Shown: positions 29,103 through 40,245, counted from the whole stretch's first letter. The stretch is 63,250 bases of DNA, filler included, from 6 parts of 6 records of this genome joined end to end with filler, not necessarily neighbours in it; one strand, 5' to 3'. Notes: generated from the letters alone by a model not told the origin. Made by a program: numbers and translations.

Positions 29103-31088
29103 CTAGGCGGTGGCGGCTGTGGCCCCTTCGCGCCGGGCCATCACCACCGCGGGCACTGCCAGCAGCAGGCCTAAAAGGGTTAGCATCAGGTGGCTTAGGC
29201 CCATCACGCCGCCTTCGGGTGCGGCCACCAAAAGCCCTGCAAAAAACAGCAACACCCGCGCCGCCATGGCGCCTGGGCCTTTGGCCAGGGGCCCAAAGAA
29301 CGCCAGATAGCCTTGCAATGCGGCCGAGATAAACCACACGCCCAGCAGCGCGCAAACCAGCACAAAGGCCACCTCGGGCGCGCTGCCCTGGCCGATCAGT
29401 GCGGGGTTGAGCACAAAGAAGAAGGGCACAATGTAAATCACACCGCCCAGGCGCATGGCCTCTAGCCCGGTGCGCATTGGGCTGGCGCCTGCCATGCTGG
29501 CTGCGGCAAAGGCCCCCAGTGCCACGGGCGGGGTGATAAAGCTGACCATGCCCCAATACAAAATGAACAGATGCACCGCCAATTCATTCAGCCCGGCCTG
29601 CACCAGGGCCGGGGCCAAGACGATGGCCAAGAAAATATAACAGGCCGTTACCGTCATACCCATGCCAAAGATAAAGGCGGTGATTGCCCCCATCAGCAGC
29701 AGCATCGGCACCGAATTGCCCGCCATATAGACCAGCTCGTTGGCCAAAGGCCCGGTCAACCCGGTGGCCTGAAACGCGCCCACAATCATGCCTATGCCCA
29801 GCAGCACCGCCACCAGCTCGGACAGGGTGCGCCCCACCGAAACGATCACATCGATCAGCCCATCCAGCGTTAGCCGGTCGCGCGGGTTTAACTGGTTTAC
29901 CAAAAGCAGCAGCACCACGGCATAAAACGGCGCGGTGGTTTCCCAGCGAAACGCCACCATCAAAAAGATCAGCAGCGCAAAAACGAACACATATTGCCAG
30001 CCATCGCGCAGCGTGTCGCGCAGCACAGGCAGCGTGTCGCGCCCCAGCCCGCGCAGGCCACGGCGCGCCGAATAGGCATCAACCTGGGCAAATAACGCAA
30101 AGAAATACAGCAGCGACGGTATCGCCGCGGCCAGCATGATTTCAACATAGGGTTTGCTAAGCCAGCTTGCGATCACAAAGGCGGTGGCGCCCATGATCGG
30201 TGGCATCAAAACACCCCCGGTGGATGCGCAGGCCTCGGTTGCGGCGGCGTAGCGTGGCGAAAAGCCAGATTTCTTCATTGCAGGAATAGACACTGCGCCG
30301 GTTGTCAAAACGTTCGAGATCACCGAGCCCGACATCGAGCCCATAAAGCCCGACGCAAAAATCGAAACCTTAGCCGCCCCGCCGCGGTAATGGCCCACCA
30401 GCGCCATGGCGAGGTTGTTGAAAAACTTGCCGCCGCCGGTGAATTGCAGCACCGCCCCAAACAGAATGAAACCGATCACCAAATTGCCAAATGCCCGCAT
30501 TGGAATGCCAAACGAGGCCTCTGACGAGATCATGAAATAAGGGATCACATCGCGAAACGGCTGACTAAAGCCGTTTAGCGGGTCGGGCACCTTATCGGCG
30601 AAAACGGGGTAGACAGAAAACAACAGCACAATGCCAAACAGCACCATCCCCCCGGCGCGGCGCGTGCCCTCGAGGATCAGCGCGTAAAACAGGATCGATG
30701 CCCAAACCGCATGATCGGGGGCTGCGTATTCCCAGCCGGCATCCAGGCTTTGATCGGCGGTAAAGGCAAAAAACAGCGCCACGCCCATGGTCAGCAGGGC
30801 CAAACCCCAATCATACAGCGGCACGCGCGCCGATGCGGGGCCAATGGCGCGAAAGCACACGAAAGTTAGGCTTAGAAACAACCCGGCCAGCAGGTATAGA
30901 TACATGCCCCCCAGCATCGAATACCCGCCAAGGCGCAGGTTGAACAGCTGGTTGACCGACAGCGCAATGGCAAGCGTGGAACAGGTGAAAATAAACCAGC
31001 GGGCAGCCCCGCGATACACAACTTTCTCGGCGGCTTTTTCCGCCTCGAGCACAGATTGGCCTAGGGCACCAGAACGGCTGTCCTGCAT
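29103..31088 (-). CDS. TRAP transporter fused (4TM/12TM) permease
   Basis: GSMSGSVISNV, ASTGGVLMPPIMGA and SFITPPVALGAFAAA motifs. Confidence 0.93.
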   Translation of the reverse strand: MQDSRSGALGQSVLEAEKAAEKVVYRGAARWFIFTCSTLAIALSVNQLFNLRLGGYSMLGGMYLYLLAGLFLSLTFVCFRAIGPASARVPLYDWGLALLTMGVALFFAFTADQSLDAGWEYAAPDHAVWASILFYALILEGTRRAGGMVLFGIVLLFSVYPVFADKVPDPLNGFSQPFRDVIPYFMISSEASFGIPMRAFGNLVIGFILFGAVLQFTGGGKFFNNLAMALVGHYRGGAAKVSIFASGFMGSMSGSVISNVLTTGAVSIPAMKKSGFSPRYAAATEACASTGGVLMPPIMGATAFVIASWLSKPYVEIMLAAAIPSLLYFFALFAQVDAYSARRGLRGLGRDTLPVLRDTLRDGWQYVFVFALLIFLMVAFRWETTAPFYAVVLLLLVNQLNPRDRLTLDGLIDVIVSVGRTLSELVAVLLGIGMIVGAFQATGLTGPLANELVYMAGNSVPMLLLMGAITAFIFGMGMTVTACYIFLAIVLAPALVQAGLNELAVHLFILYWGMVSFITPPVALGAFAAASMAGASPMRTGLEAMRLGGVIYIVPFFFVLNPALIGQGSAPEVAFVLVCALLGVWFISAALQGYLAFFGPLAKGPGAMAARVLLFFAGLLVAAPEGGVMGLSHLMLTLLGLLLAVPAVVMARREGATAATA

Positions 31089-31233
31089 GGCGCGGCACCT
31101 TCTTTCAGGATGGGTGGCATGGTGTTGGGCGACGATACTGGCCCCTGGCCCGCCCGGCAGTGACATAGGCGCAACACGGGGGGCCAAGGGGTGCAGCATG
31201 GCCTGGTGTGGCCATGCTGCCTGGGCTTAGCCC

Positions 31234-32394
31234 TTAGAACACAACGTTAAAGCCACCGGCCTTTAGGGCATCGCGGCGCTTGGTTTCCCATGCCGCCTGC
31301 CAATCAGATGGGCCTTCTGCCTTTAGCTCTTCCCATGCTTTTTGCAGCGCCGCTTGGCGGGCCACCAGCATGTCGTTATGGGCTTGGTCGGCATCGCTCC
31401 ATTTGCCGATCTCACGATAATAGCGGATCGCGCCATCGTGATAGGGGGCAACCCACTGGAAGTTTTGCTTATCCAGCGCCCAGCCATTGATACCCGGTGC
31501 CTTGCCTTTGTAGGCCTCGAAATGTTCGTGCATGGCCTTGGTCATGTTGTAGGTCAGCTCTTCGTCTTGTTCTGCATAGGTCATCAGAACAGGGTAGGCA
31601 TAGCCCGCTGTTGGCGTGCCCGGGGTGCCGTCGATTGTGGCGCCAACGGTTGCGTTCATCGCGCTAAAGAAGGGCGCCACAGCGGCCATGCGGGCCATGG
31701 CCTCTTTGTCGGTGGGGTCGATCGGGGGCCAATATACCCCACGCGGGCTGGATGCTGCCTCGTAGGCCATGCCCGAGTTGGTCGAGGCAAAGGCCGCATC
31801 GGTGCTGCCATCTACCATGCCTTTCCAGCTGTCGCCAAAGCCGCCGAAATCGACGCGCTCTACGTCGTCCCAGGTTAGGCCGCCATAGGCCAGATAGGCC
31901 TCGTTATTCACGTTCAACGCGGGGGCGCCTTTTACCCAGCTGACGCGCATGCCTTTCAGATCGGAATAGGTAAAGCCCTCGCATTTGGGCTTGCCCACTT
32001 TTTCACAGGCCTCGGCGGCCACGGCCAGGGCCAGGCCCACCGCGCCGCCATTGTTGGCCGCCAGCACGCGCACGGGCTGCGGGCCCCAGTTTTCGGCGCC
32101 AAACTGGAATACGCCCTCTTGGGCCATGAACGAGCCGCCCACACCATTGGCGGAAAATTGCACCTTGCCCTGGCGCACAGGCTCGGTCCGGGCGATGTCG
32201 TTTTTGCCCGGCAAAACCCGCAGGTTGATGCCCAGCGCCTCTTGCAGCGCGGCACCGATCGCGACCGATTGGTTATACCCGGCCGAGCCCGTGCCATAGG
32301 CCGTCCAAACCACCTGGCTTGGCAGTTTGACCTCGGCTGCAACGGCTGAACCTACCAGTGCACCCAGCACTGCGGCAACGAATGTATTGCGCAT
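31234..32394 (-). CDS. TAXI-family TRAP substrate-binding protein
   Basis: Signal peptide; WTAYGTGSAGY and PYHDGAIRYY motifs; next to the fused permease. Confidence 0.92.
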   Translation of the reverse strand: MRNTFVAAVLGALVGSAVAAEVKLPSQVVWTAYGTGSAGYNQSVAIGAALQEALGINLRVLPGKNDIARTEPVRQGKVQFSANGVGGSFMAQEGVFQFGAENWGPQPVRVLAANNGGAVGLALAVAAEACEKVGKPKCEGFTYSDLKGMRVSWVKGAPALNVNNEAYLAYGGLTWDDVERVDFGGFGDSWKGMVDGSTDAAFASTNSGMAYEAASSPRGVYWPPIDPTDKEAMARMAAVAPFFSAMNATVGATIDGTPGTPTAGYAYPVLMTYAEQDEELTYNMTKAMHEHFEAYKGKAPGINGWALDKQNFQWVAPYHDGAIRYYREIGKWSDADQAHNDMLVARQAALQKAWEELKAEGPSDWQAAWETKRRDALKAGGFNVVF

Positions 32395-32603
32395 TGTGTC
32401 CTCCCTTTGAATGATCGCCGGCGTTTTTATGTGGCGTAATGGAATGACAAAATGTGGCCGCCGTTCTGTCAACGATTACAGAAATTGACGTAGCGTGACT
32501 TTGGCGGTTTTGAATATGTGACGGAACATCTTTTCCAATCGGTCCCGCAGTGCGAAAAGCCGCCCCCCACAGTGTGATGCGGGGCGGCGGCCCTGCTTTT
32601 TTC

Positions 32604-34139
32604 CTAGCTATCCCATTGCTCGCGCAATTCGCGTTTGAGAATCTTGCCAATGGCGCTGCGGGGCATTTCTGGCAAAATCTTTAGCCCCTTTAGCCGCTGG
32701 GTTTTGCCCAGCATGGCATTGGCGCCGGCCAAGATATCATCGGCGGTGGCTTGGGCCTTTAGCGTGACATAAGCCACTGGAATTTCGCCCCAATCTGCAT
32801 CTGGCACGCCGACCACAGCAGCCTCGTGCACCGCCGGGTTACGCGCCAGCATATCTTCCAGATCGCAGGCGTAGATGTTGAAGCCGCCAGAAATGATCAT
32901 GTCTTTCTTGCGGTCCATCAGAATAAGAAACCCGTCTTCATCCAGCCGGCCCATATCGCCTGTGCGCATATAGCTGTGGCCTTCGGGGCTGATCCACACC
33001 ACAGCCCGGGTGGCATCGGGGGCGTTGCGATAGCCGCGCATCAAGGTGGGCGAGCGGCCGACGATCTCGCCGATCTCGCCTGCGGGCACCTCGGCGCCTG
33101 TGTCATCGATAAAGCGCACATCGCCCCCCAGCACCGGCTTGCCCACGGTGTGCAGCTTGTCGGGGTTGGCGGTGCAATCCAAAATCGTGCTCACGCCCCC
33201 CTCGGTCATGCCATAGATGTTAATCATCCGCCCCGGCCAGCGCTGCAGCACCTGCGCCAACAAAGGCGGGGTCAGCGGCGCCGAGGTGCAAAGCTTTACC
33301 TGAAAGGCCGACAGATCGAACCTGTCGAAATCGGGGTGTTCGATCAGGCGCCTGATCTGCACCGGCACCAGCATCGTATGCGACACGCGGTATTGTTCGG
33401 CCAGCTGCAAAAACCGCAGGCTGTCGAATTTCTGCATCAACAAAACATGGCTGCCCTGGCCCAGGGCGGGCAGCAGCGTGACCAGGGTGGTGTTGGAATA
33501 GATCGGCGTTGAAATCAGGCAAACGGCGGTATCGTCAAAGCCATAGTTGCGAAAGCGAAAGATCTGCCTGTCGCGAAAGCGTGCATCATGCTCGATCCCT
33601 TTGGGGTGGCCCGTGGTGCCCGAGCTATAAAGAATATCGAGCAGATCATCGGGGCCAATGGCCACGGGCTGTGCAGGGGCATGGCCTGCCGCCTGTGCCC
33701 AAAAGGCGGATAGGTCTTCACACTCCAGCCCCGGCCCGGCCTGCGCATCGCCCAAAACCAGCACCGCACCGCTGTTTTCGCCCATGCGTTGCAGCGCCTC
33801 GGGTGCCGCAGAGGTGGGCAGCGTGGCCACAGCGGCCCCAGCCGCCACAATGGCCATATAGGCGCAGACATGATCCACCGTAACACCCGCCAGCGTGGCC
33901 ACCACAGCACCCGGCCCAATGCCGCGCGCCTGCAACAGCCCCGCGCCCTGGTCCATGCGCGCCACAAATTGCGCACGCGTCAGCTGCTGGCCCTCGGCGC
34001 TGAGGCAGGGGGCATCTGGCGCGGCTTGCGCCAGGCGGCGCAGGCGGGTTGGCAGATCGATATAGTCCTCGCCCGGCAAGGGTGCGGGCACCAGCGGGCC
34101 CAAGGGCGCGACGGGGGTTTGGGCGGTTGGGTGTGTCAT
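32604..34139 (-). CDS. Class I adenylate-forming enzyme (acyl-CoA ligase)
   Basis: YSSGTTGHPKG, YGMTEG, RTGDMG and PRSAIGK motifs. Confidence 0.93.
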   Translation of the reverse strand: MTHPTAQTPVAPLGPLVPAPLPGEDYIDLPTRLRRLAQAAPDAPCLSAEGQQLTRAQFVARMDQGAGLLQARGIGPGAVVATLAGVTVDHVCAYMAIVAAGAAVATLPTSAAPEALQRMGENSGAVLVLGDAQAGPGLECEDLSAFWAQAAGHAPAQPVAIGPDDLLDILYSSGTTGHPKGIEHDARFRDRQIFRFRNYGFDDTAVCLISTPIYSNTTLVTLLPALGQGSHVLLMQKFDSLRFLQLAEQYRVSHTMLVPVQIRRLIEHPDFDRFDLSAFQVKLCTSAPLTPPLLAQVLQRWPGRMINIYGMTEGGVSTILDCTANPDKLHTVGKPVLGGDVRFIDDTGAEVPAGEIGEIVGRSPTLMRGYRNAPDATRAVVWISPEGHSYMRTGDMGRLDEDGFLILMDRKKDMIISGGFNIYACDLEDMLARNPAVHEAAVVGVPDADWGEIPVAYVTLKAQATADDILAGANAMLGKTQRLKGLKILPEMPRSAIGKILKRELREQWDS

Positions 34140-34267
34140 GCGTGTCCCTGTTTTTGGCTGTTTTAGCGGCATTGGGGCGGTGCTGCTGCGATGACGCAAG
34201 GCAAAATTGCCCTTGCGTCAGCTGTAGCGCATCAAAACGCCGCGTCATTTCACATGGCGGAAAGCGG

Positions 34268-35668
34268 TCAATCGCCCGGGCCGCCGGTGGCGCCGATATC
34301 CCAAAACAGCCCCGCCATACAGTGCAGCGCATCGCGGCAGACCGGGGCCAAAACATGCTCGTTTGGCGCATGTTGCGAGCAACCCCTATAGGAATGCGGC
34401 ACCCAAACCGTGGGCAGGCCCAGAATTTCGCTAAAGCAATCATTGGGCAGCGAGCCGGCCAGATTTGGCAAAATATGCGGGTCTTTTCCGCTGGTTTCGG
34501 CCAGCGAGCGGCGCACAAACTGCACCCAAGGATGGCCGGGCGCCAGCCGCGTGGCTTTGAAAAAGCCCCGCGCGTCAGGCACGATTTCGACGCGGTCAAA
34601 CCCGTGCCGATCCAGGTGCCGGCGCAGCGCGGGCAAAATATCGTCAACATCTGTGCCCACCACAAACCGCAATTGGCAGGTGGCGCGGGCGCTGGCGGAA
34701 ATGGCATTGACAGGTGCGGCTGGCACACCGCTTTCCATGGCCAGAATGGCAAAGCTGTTCCAGCCATAGGCGCGCTCGGCCGGGGTGAGGGCCGCCTCGC
34801 CCCAGTCTAGATCGATGCTGGGGCCGGTGTTGCCATCCTCTGGCATGGCAATGGGCAGGTCGCGCAGCGCTGTGCGAATATCGTCGGTCAGGCTGGTGGG
34901 GCGCCATTCGGGCACCTGTATCTGGCCGCGGGCATCGGTGATGGTGGCCAGGGCCTGTGCCAAAATCATGGCAGGGTCTGCCAGCAGCCCCCCCCAATTG
35001 CCCGAATGATGCGCCCCCTCGCGCAGATCAACGCAAAGATCGAAATTCACCCCCCCGCGCGAGCCCATGAAAACCGTGGGCGTATCGGCCTGCAGGCGCG
35101 GCCCATCCGAGGCGATCAGCACATCAGCGGCCAAGTCATGTTGATGGGCCCGGAAAAATTCGGCCATCCCGGCAGACCCTGTTTCCTCGCTCATCTCGAT
35201 CACGATGCGGCTGTTAAACCCCAGCGCACCGCGGGTGGCCAGCACCGCCTCGATTGCGGCAATGTTGATTAGGTGTTGCGATTTGTTATCGGCACTGCCG
35301 CGCCCATAAAGCCGATCGCCCTGGCGGGTTAGGGTAAAGGGCGCGAGCCCTTCGCGCCACATGCCATGCTGGGCGCGGATCACATCGCCATGGCCATAGC
35401 TTAGCACTGTTGGCAGATGTGCGCCCTCGTGGCGCTGGGCAATCAAAAACGGGCCGCCGTTTGGGTTTGGGTTGGGGTGGATGGTGCAGCGATAGCCCGC
35501 CGCCTGCAGGCGGGGCTGCATGGCCTGTTCCAGATAGGCCTGCAGATGCGGCGCGGAAGCCGGGTCTTGGCTTTCGGTGGGGTGGCGCACCAGATCTGCA
35601 AGCTCGGTTTCAAACTGGCCGCTGTCGAAATAGCGGGCCACCGCGGCCAGGGCTGCGGCGCGGCTCAT
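34268..35668 (-). CDS. M20 family metallopeptidase/amidohydrolase
   Basis: YGHGDV, GRGSADNK, EETGS, HSGNWGG and QHAPNE motifs; ATGA overlap with the GGT stop. Confidence 0.92.
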   Translation of the reverse strand: MSRAAALAAVARYFDSGQFETELADLVRHPTESQDPASAPHLQAYLEQAMQPRLQAAGYRCTIHPNPNPNGGPFLIAQRHEGAHLPTVLSYGHGDVIRAQHGMWREGLAPFTLTRQGDRLYGRGSADNKSQHLINIAAIEAVLATRGALGFNSRIVIEMSEETGSAGMAEFFRAHQHDLAADVLIASDGPRLQADTPTVFMGSRGGVNFDLCVDLREGAHHSGNWGGLLADPAMILAQALATITDARGQIQVPEWRPTSLTDDIRTALRDLPIAMPEDGNTGPSIDLDWGEAALTPAERAYGWNSFAILAMESGVPAAPVNAISASARATCQLRFVVGTDVDDILPALRRHLDRHGFDRVEIVPDARGFFKATRLAPGHPWVQFVRRSLAETSGKDPHILPNLAGSLPNDCFSEILGLPTVWVPHSYRGCSQHAPNEHVLAPVCRDALHCMAGLFWDIGATGGPGD

Positions 35669-37239
35669 GCGGGCACCCCGGCCACAGCATCGCCCCAGGG
35701 CGACATGATTTCCGTGCAGCCCGAATTCAGCGCCCCCCGCCGCATCACGCCCGCGGGGCAGGCAAAGGCATAGGGAAAGATGGTGCGCTTGGTTGTAACC
35801 ACATCGCGGGTTTGGGCAAGGGCGGCCAGCACATCGGCCGGTAGCGCCTCGTCTGCCACCACGCCCGGGCCGCCCGATACATCGATGCGCGGGCTGTGAA
35901 AGGCCGCTTCCAGATCCATGCCGCAATCCAGCATCAAGCCCGCCAGCTGGGCCACCGCGCTGACAATCTTGCGCCCACCCGAGGCCCCGATGGCAAAGCG
36001 CATATCGCCCCGCTGGCCAATGGCGGGGCACACATTCATCAAACAGCGCTTGCCCGCCCCCAGCGAATTTGGCCGCCCCTGAACAGGATCAAACCACATG
36101 ATGCCATTGTTCATCAGCAGCCCGGTGCTGCCCGACACCACCCGCGCGCCAAAGATCGACAGCAGGGTTTGGGTTTGGGCCACCATATTGCCATGCCGAT
36201 CAACCACCGAGAAATGCGTGGTGCAGCCCGGGGCGGTGGGGCTTTCGCCGCTATCGCCCATCTGCGACAGGCGGTGGGCATAGGCCTGATCTAGCCCATC
36301 GGCAAAGGCCACATAGGTGTCTGGCGTGGGTGTGGCGGGCAAATCGCGGCTGGCCATCACCCCCATGGCCTGTTGCAAGGTGGGGCCGGCGGTTAGCCCG
36401 GGCACCACATGCATCATGGCATCGCGATAGCCAAAGCTAAGCGCGGGCTGAAATTCGGCGCGATAGGCCTGCAGATCGGCATGCGACAGGCTGCCGCCTT
36501 TGGCCTGAATATCCGCCGCCATGGCAGCGCCGACATCGCCATCGTATATTTCACGCGGGCCGTTGGCGGCTATCTGGGCCAAAGTATCGGCCATGCGCGA
36601 TTGATCCAGCCGTTTGTCGGCCAGCGCTGTCCAACCGCTGATGGTGGGCCAGTGGCCGTCTTCCAAAAACAGCGCGGCGGCGTCTGGGTCTTTGGCCAAT
36701 TCGCGGGTGGTCGAGGCAATAACGAGGGCTGCAAACCAATCGACCACCATGCCCTGTTTGGCGTGATCAATGGCCGGGGCCAGCAATTCGGCCCATGGCA
36801 TTTTGCCATAGCGCGCATGGGCTTGGCCCAGCCCATCTACCACGCCGGGCACGGCCACGGCGGTGGCGCCCTGCACGTTGCGGTCGCCCTCGACATGTTC
36901 CCAGGGGAACAGATCGCCTGCTTTTCCTGCGCCAGATAGCGGGTAATCGGCAGGGTTTAACGCTGCGGGTGCCCGCATGCCATGGTTCAGCGCCTGCGCC
37001 TGGCCGGTATCGGCGCGCCACAGCATCATGGCGCCGCCACCGGCGGGGCCGCTCATCCAGGGTTCCAGAACACCGATGACAAAAGAGGTGGCCACCGCCG
37101 CATCGACCGCATCGCCGCCCGCTGCCAACACCGCGGCGCCTGCTTCGGCGGCAAGCCTGTGCTGGGCTGCCACAACGCCATGTTCGGTTTCGATCACCGT
37201 TTTGCGGATGACCATAGAATTAGATAGGTTCACGCTCAT
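35665..37239 (-). CDS. Gamma-glutamyltransferase family (Ntn hydrolase)
   Basis: GGDAVDAAVA, TTHFSVVD (nucleophile Thr), NNGIMWFDP and GASGGR motifs. Confidence 0.92.
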   Translation of the reverse strand: MSVNLSNSMVIRKTVIETEHGVVAAQHRLAAEAGAAVLAAGGDAVDAAVATSFVIGVLEPWMSGPAGGGAMMLWRADTGQAQALNHGMRAPAALNPADYPLSGAGKAGDLFPWEHVEGDRNVQGATAVAVPGVVDGLGQAHARYGKMPWAELLAPAIDHAKQGMVVDWFAALVIASTTRELAKDPDAAALFLEDGHWPTISGWTALADKRLDQSRMADTLAQIAANGPREIYDGDVGAAMAADIQAKGGSLSHADLQAYRAEFQPALSFGYRDAMMHVVPGLTAGPTLQQAMGVMASRDLPATPTPDTYVAFADGLDQAYAHRLSQMGDSGESPTAPGCTTHFSVVDRHGNMVAQTQTLLSIFGARVVSGSTGLLMNNGIMWFDPVQGRPNSLGAGKRCLMNVCPAIGQRGDMRFAIGASGGRKIVSAVAQLAGLMLDCGMDLEAAFHSPRIDVSGGPGVVADEALPADVLAALAQTRDVVTTKRTIFPYAFACPAGVMRRGALNSGCTEIMSPWGDAVAGVPA

Positions 37240-37320
37240 CGCTGCCCTCCCTGTGCCGCGCTGCTTAGGCGATAGCAGCCGATTTGCGGGGTTTGCGCAA
37301 CACCGCAATACCCCGTGGGC

Positions 37321-37818
37321 CTAGGCTGCTGCGCTGTGCAGCCTGCGCCCCATGTGGATGGTGGCCCATATCAGCAGGCCCAGCAGCAACAGCCTGATCA
37401 GGGACAGCAGGTTGAAATTTAAAAAAACGAATTGCTGTTGAATGCGCTCGACCTGGTTTGGGCTGAAGGACAGCAGAAAATATTCAGACAGATCGTGGAA
37501 CTGGGCAAAAAACGAAAAGCCGGCGCAGATAAGAAAGGCGCTAAAGAACAAGCGCCGCAGCAGCAGGGGCAGATAGAAGATACATAAAAACACAGCACCC
37601 ATCTGCAGCTTCTGGCGCAGCAGGGTTTCGGCCTGTTGATGGGTGATGGTGTGCAGCAGTGCCTCTACCTCGACGAAATCGGCCCACAGCACCAAAACAT
37701 AAATCAGCCCAACCGCATAGATGATGGTTGATAGGGCATAAAAGGGGGTCAATTCCCCCATCAGAAAGGGGGGTTGCTGGCGCAGATCGGCGCGAAAAAT
37801 AGTGATCAGCGTTTGCAT
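37321..37818 (-). CDS. Hypothetical multi-pass membrane protein
   Basis: About 4 hydrophobic segments; fills the gap. Confidence 0.6.
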   Translation of the reverse strand: MQTLITIFRADLRQQPPFLMGELTPFYALSTIIYAVGLIYVLVLWADFVEVEALLHTITHQQAETLLRQKLQMGAVFLCIFYLPLLLRRLFFSAFLICAGFSFFAQFHDLSEYFLLSFSPNQVERIQQQFVFLNFNLLSLIRLLLLGLLIWATIHMGRRLHSAAA

Positions 37819-37973
37819 TTTCGCGCCCGTATCTTTTGGTTTTTGGCAAGATTAGCGCAGCGCAGGGGCTGGTCAAAGAAATATTTTGATTTCAGAATGT
37901 TTTAATAAAAAACCAGGCAGGTCACGCAGATTACAACCTGCGGATACGTTTCTGCCAGTGTGCAGATGGGGTT

Positions 37974-37999
37974 TGGTGGAGCCTAGGGGAGTCGAACCC
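37974..37999 (-). tRNA. tRNA 3' fragment, probably tRNA-Ala
   Basis: Minus strand GGGTTCGACTCCCCTAGGCTCCACCA. Confidence 0.78.
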
Positions 38000-38099
38000 N
38001 NNNNNNNNNNNNNNNNNNNNNNNNNNNNNNNNNNNNNNNNNNNTTAATTAATTAANNNNNNNNNNNNNNNNNNNNNNNNNNNNNNNNNNNNNNNNNNNN
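38000..38099. other. Artificial contig junction
   Basis: N spacer with TTAATTAATTAA. Confidence 0.98.
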
Positions 38100-38122
38100 C
38101 AGGCTGGCGCCAGGCGGCTGAT
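38100..38122. repeat. Planctomycete REP-like element remnant at contig start
   Basis: CAGGCTGGCGCCAGGCGGCTGAT; related GCGACGCGTTAGCGTCCGG motif at the other contig end; family resemblance from memory. Confidence 0.45.
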
Positions 38123-38223
38123 CATGGGGGCGCGTAGGCAACGTGAAAAAGGCGGCCGGGCACAACCGCGATCAACCCAAAACCTGGCTCAAGCAAATCA
38201 AATCCGCGAACAATCAACGACCG

Positions 38224-40170
38224 CTAGCGGATGAAACCACGGTCGCGAAGGAGTTCGACGACGGCTTCGACGCACTCACTTGTTGACTTCTCTTCGGTGT
38301 TGAGCACCAAGTCGGCATTCTCGGGCACTTCGTAAGGAGAGCCCGCTCCTGGCAGATCAGCCAGCTCGCCGGAATCCAACTGCCCGTAGTGACCACGAGG
38401 ATCGCGAGACTTGCAAGTTTCGAGAGACGCGTGGCAATGCACCGTTAAGAATCGTTCATTGCCGACCAAATCCTCCGCTCTCTTGCGAACGTCAGCGTCC
38501 GGTGCAATTAAGGCGGTCAAGCAGAGGAAGCCTCGGTCGTTAAGCAAGCGCGCCATCTGGGCCGCTCGGCGTAGGTTCTCGGAGCGGTCGTCGGCGGAGA
38601 AACCAAGGTCTCGACTGATACCGCGACGCAACTCTTCTCCATCAAGAACGATTGCGGTTCGCCCGGAATCGAACAACTCGCGTTCAACTCCCTTGGCAAT
38701 TGTCGACTTCCCACTGCCGCTCAAGCCCGTAAGCAGCACGGTGGCTGGCTTCTGCCCAAGTCGAGCTTCGCGTTCGGCTCCGGTGACAACTCGGACGTCG
38801 CCAGTCTGCTGCTCTCCAGCCTGGCCTTCTTCGACTTCCCAAGGTGCTTCTTTGTCACCCTTGGTGAGCTCACGACCAGTAATCATGCCTGCGGCAACGG
38901 TCTCATTAGTGATTCGATCGACAACGATGAATGCACCAGTGGTTCGATTGCGACGATATGCGTCGAAGTAAATCGGTTGGCTAAGGGTAATTGTGCAGCG
39001 GCCAATCTCGTTCAACTGGAGATCCGGCGCAGGTGTTCGGTGCAGAGTATTGACGTCTACACGATATCGAAGGGATTCGATCTGTCCCGTTGCCGACTGT
39101 GTAGTCTGTTTAAACAAGTAGTTCTTGCCCGGCACCATGGCATCGGGACTCATCCAGACCAGCATCGCATCGAAGGCATTGCTCGCCTTGGGCACGTTGC
39201 CGGGACGAACGATCATATCGCCTCGGCTACAATCGACTTCATCTTCGAGAGTGAGCGTGACGGACTGCGGCGTGAAGGCTTCGTCAACGTCGCCATCGTA
39301 GGTAACAATGCTCTTCACGCGACTCTTCTGCCGCTGCGGGAGCACCATGATTTCGTCACCCTTACGGATAATCCCACTGGCAACGGTGCCACAGAAGCCG
39401 CGAAAATCCAAGTTGGGACGGTTCACGTACTGGACAGGGAAGCGAAAATCTTCGTAGTTCCGGTCCGAGCCAATGTAAACGGTCTCCAAGAAATTCATCA
39501 GCGTGCTGCCTTTGTACCAAGGCATGTTTTCGCTGGGATCGACCACGTTGTCGCCGCTAAGTGCTGATATGGGGATAAAGTGCAGGTCGGGCATGTCCAA
39601 CCGGCTTGCAAAGCTACGGTAGTCTTCGCAAATCTCGTCGAATCGCTCTTGGCTAAAGTCCGCCAAGTCCATTTTGTTGACGGTGACCACAACGTGGCGA
39701 ATGCCCAAAAGCGAAACGATGAAGCTGTGTCGTTTGGTCTGCGTCAGGACGCCATGGCGAGCGTCGATCAGGATGACGGCAAGGTCAGCGGTTGAGGCGC
39801 CGGTCGCCATGTTTCGCGTGTATTGCTCGTGGCCGGGCGTGTCGGCAATGATGAACTTTCGCTTAGCCGTCGAGAAGTAGCGGTAGGCAACATCGATGGT
39901 AATGCCTTGTTCGCGTTCCGCCTTCAGCCCATCGGTAACGAGCGCTGGATCGAATCCGCCGCCAGTAGTTCCATGCGTCTTCGATTCGGTCTCAAGCTGT
40001 GCCAATTGATCTTCATAGATCATTTTGGAATCGTACAGCAGGCGTCCGATGAGTGTACTTTTTCCATCGTCGACACTACCGCAGGTAATGAACCTTAGGA
40101 GTTCTTTTCGTTCGTGCTGAGCGAGATAAGCATCGATGTCGGTGGCAATCAGGTCGCTTTTATGGCTCAT
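38224..40170 (-). CDS. cysNC: Bifunctional sulfate adenylyltransferase subunit 1 / APS kinase
   Basis: [17 protein letters not shown] and NKMD; C-terminal [10 protein letters not shown] and DDRSENLRR. Confidence 0.95.
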   Translation of the reverse strand: MSHKSDLIATDIDAYLAQHERKELLRFITCGSVDDGKSTLIGRLLYDSKMIYEDQLAQLETESKTHGTTGGGFDPALVTDGLKAEREQGITIDVAYRYFSTAKRKFIIADTPGHEQYTRNMATGASTADLAVILIDARHGVLTQTKRHSFIVSLLGIRHVVVTVNKMDLADFSQERFDEICEDYRSFASRLDMPDLHFIPISALSGDNVVDPSENMPWYKGSTLMNFLETVYIGSDRNYEDFRFPVQYVNRPNLDFRGFCGTVASGIIRKGDEIMVLPQRQKSRVKSIVTYDGDVDEAFTPQSVTLTLEDEVDCSRGDMIVRPGNVPKASNAFDAMLVWMSPDAMVPGKNYLFKQTTQSATGQIESLRYRVDVNTLHRTPAPDLQLNEIGRCTITLSQPIYFDAYRRNRTTGAFIVVDRITNETVAAGMITGRELTKGDKEAPWEVEEGQAGEQQTGDVRVVTGAEREARLGQKPATVLLTGLSGSGKSTIAKGVERELFDSGRTAIVLDGEELRRGISRDLGFSADDRSENLRRAAQMARLLNDRGFLCLTALIAPDADVRKRAEDLVGNERFLTVHCHASLETCKSRDPRGHYGQLDSGELADLPGAGSPYEVPENADLVLNTEEKSTSECVEAVVELLRDRGFIR

Positions 40171-40245
40171 TGCTTCGTTGCGTTATATTGTAAAGGAGAG
40201 ATTGGTCGTTCGGGCAGAAAAACAGGCTGTACGCAAAGGTTGCGT

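Noticed and set aside
33718-34810. Long overlapping ORFs (349 aa minus, 253 aa plus)
   Set aside because: Alternative-frame ORFs in GC-rich DNA overlapping the ligase and M20 genes
22066-37999. tRNA-bounded contig as an integrative element with att sites
   Set aside because: The two tRNA ends are different and face each other; no integrase or duplicated att sequence was seen
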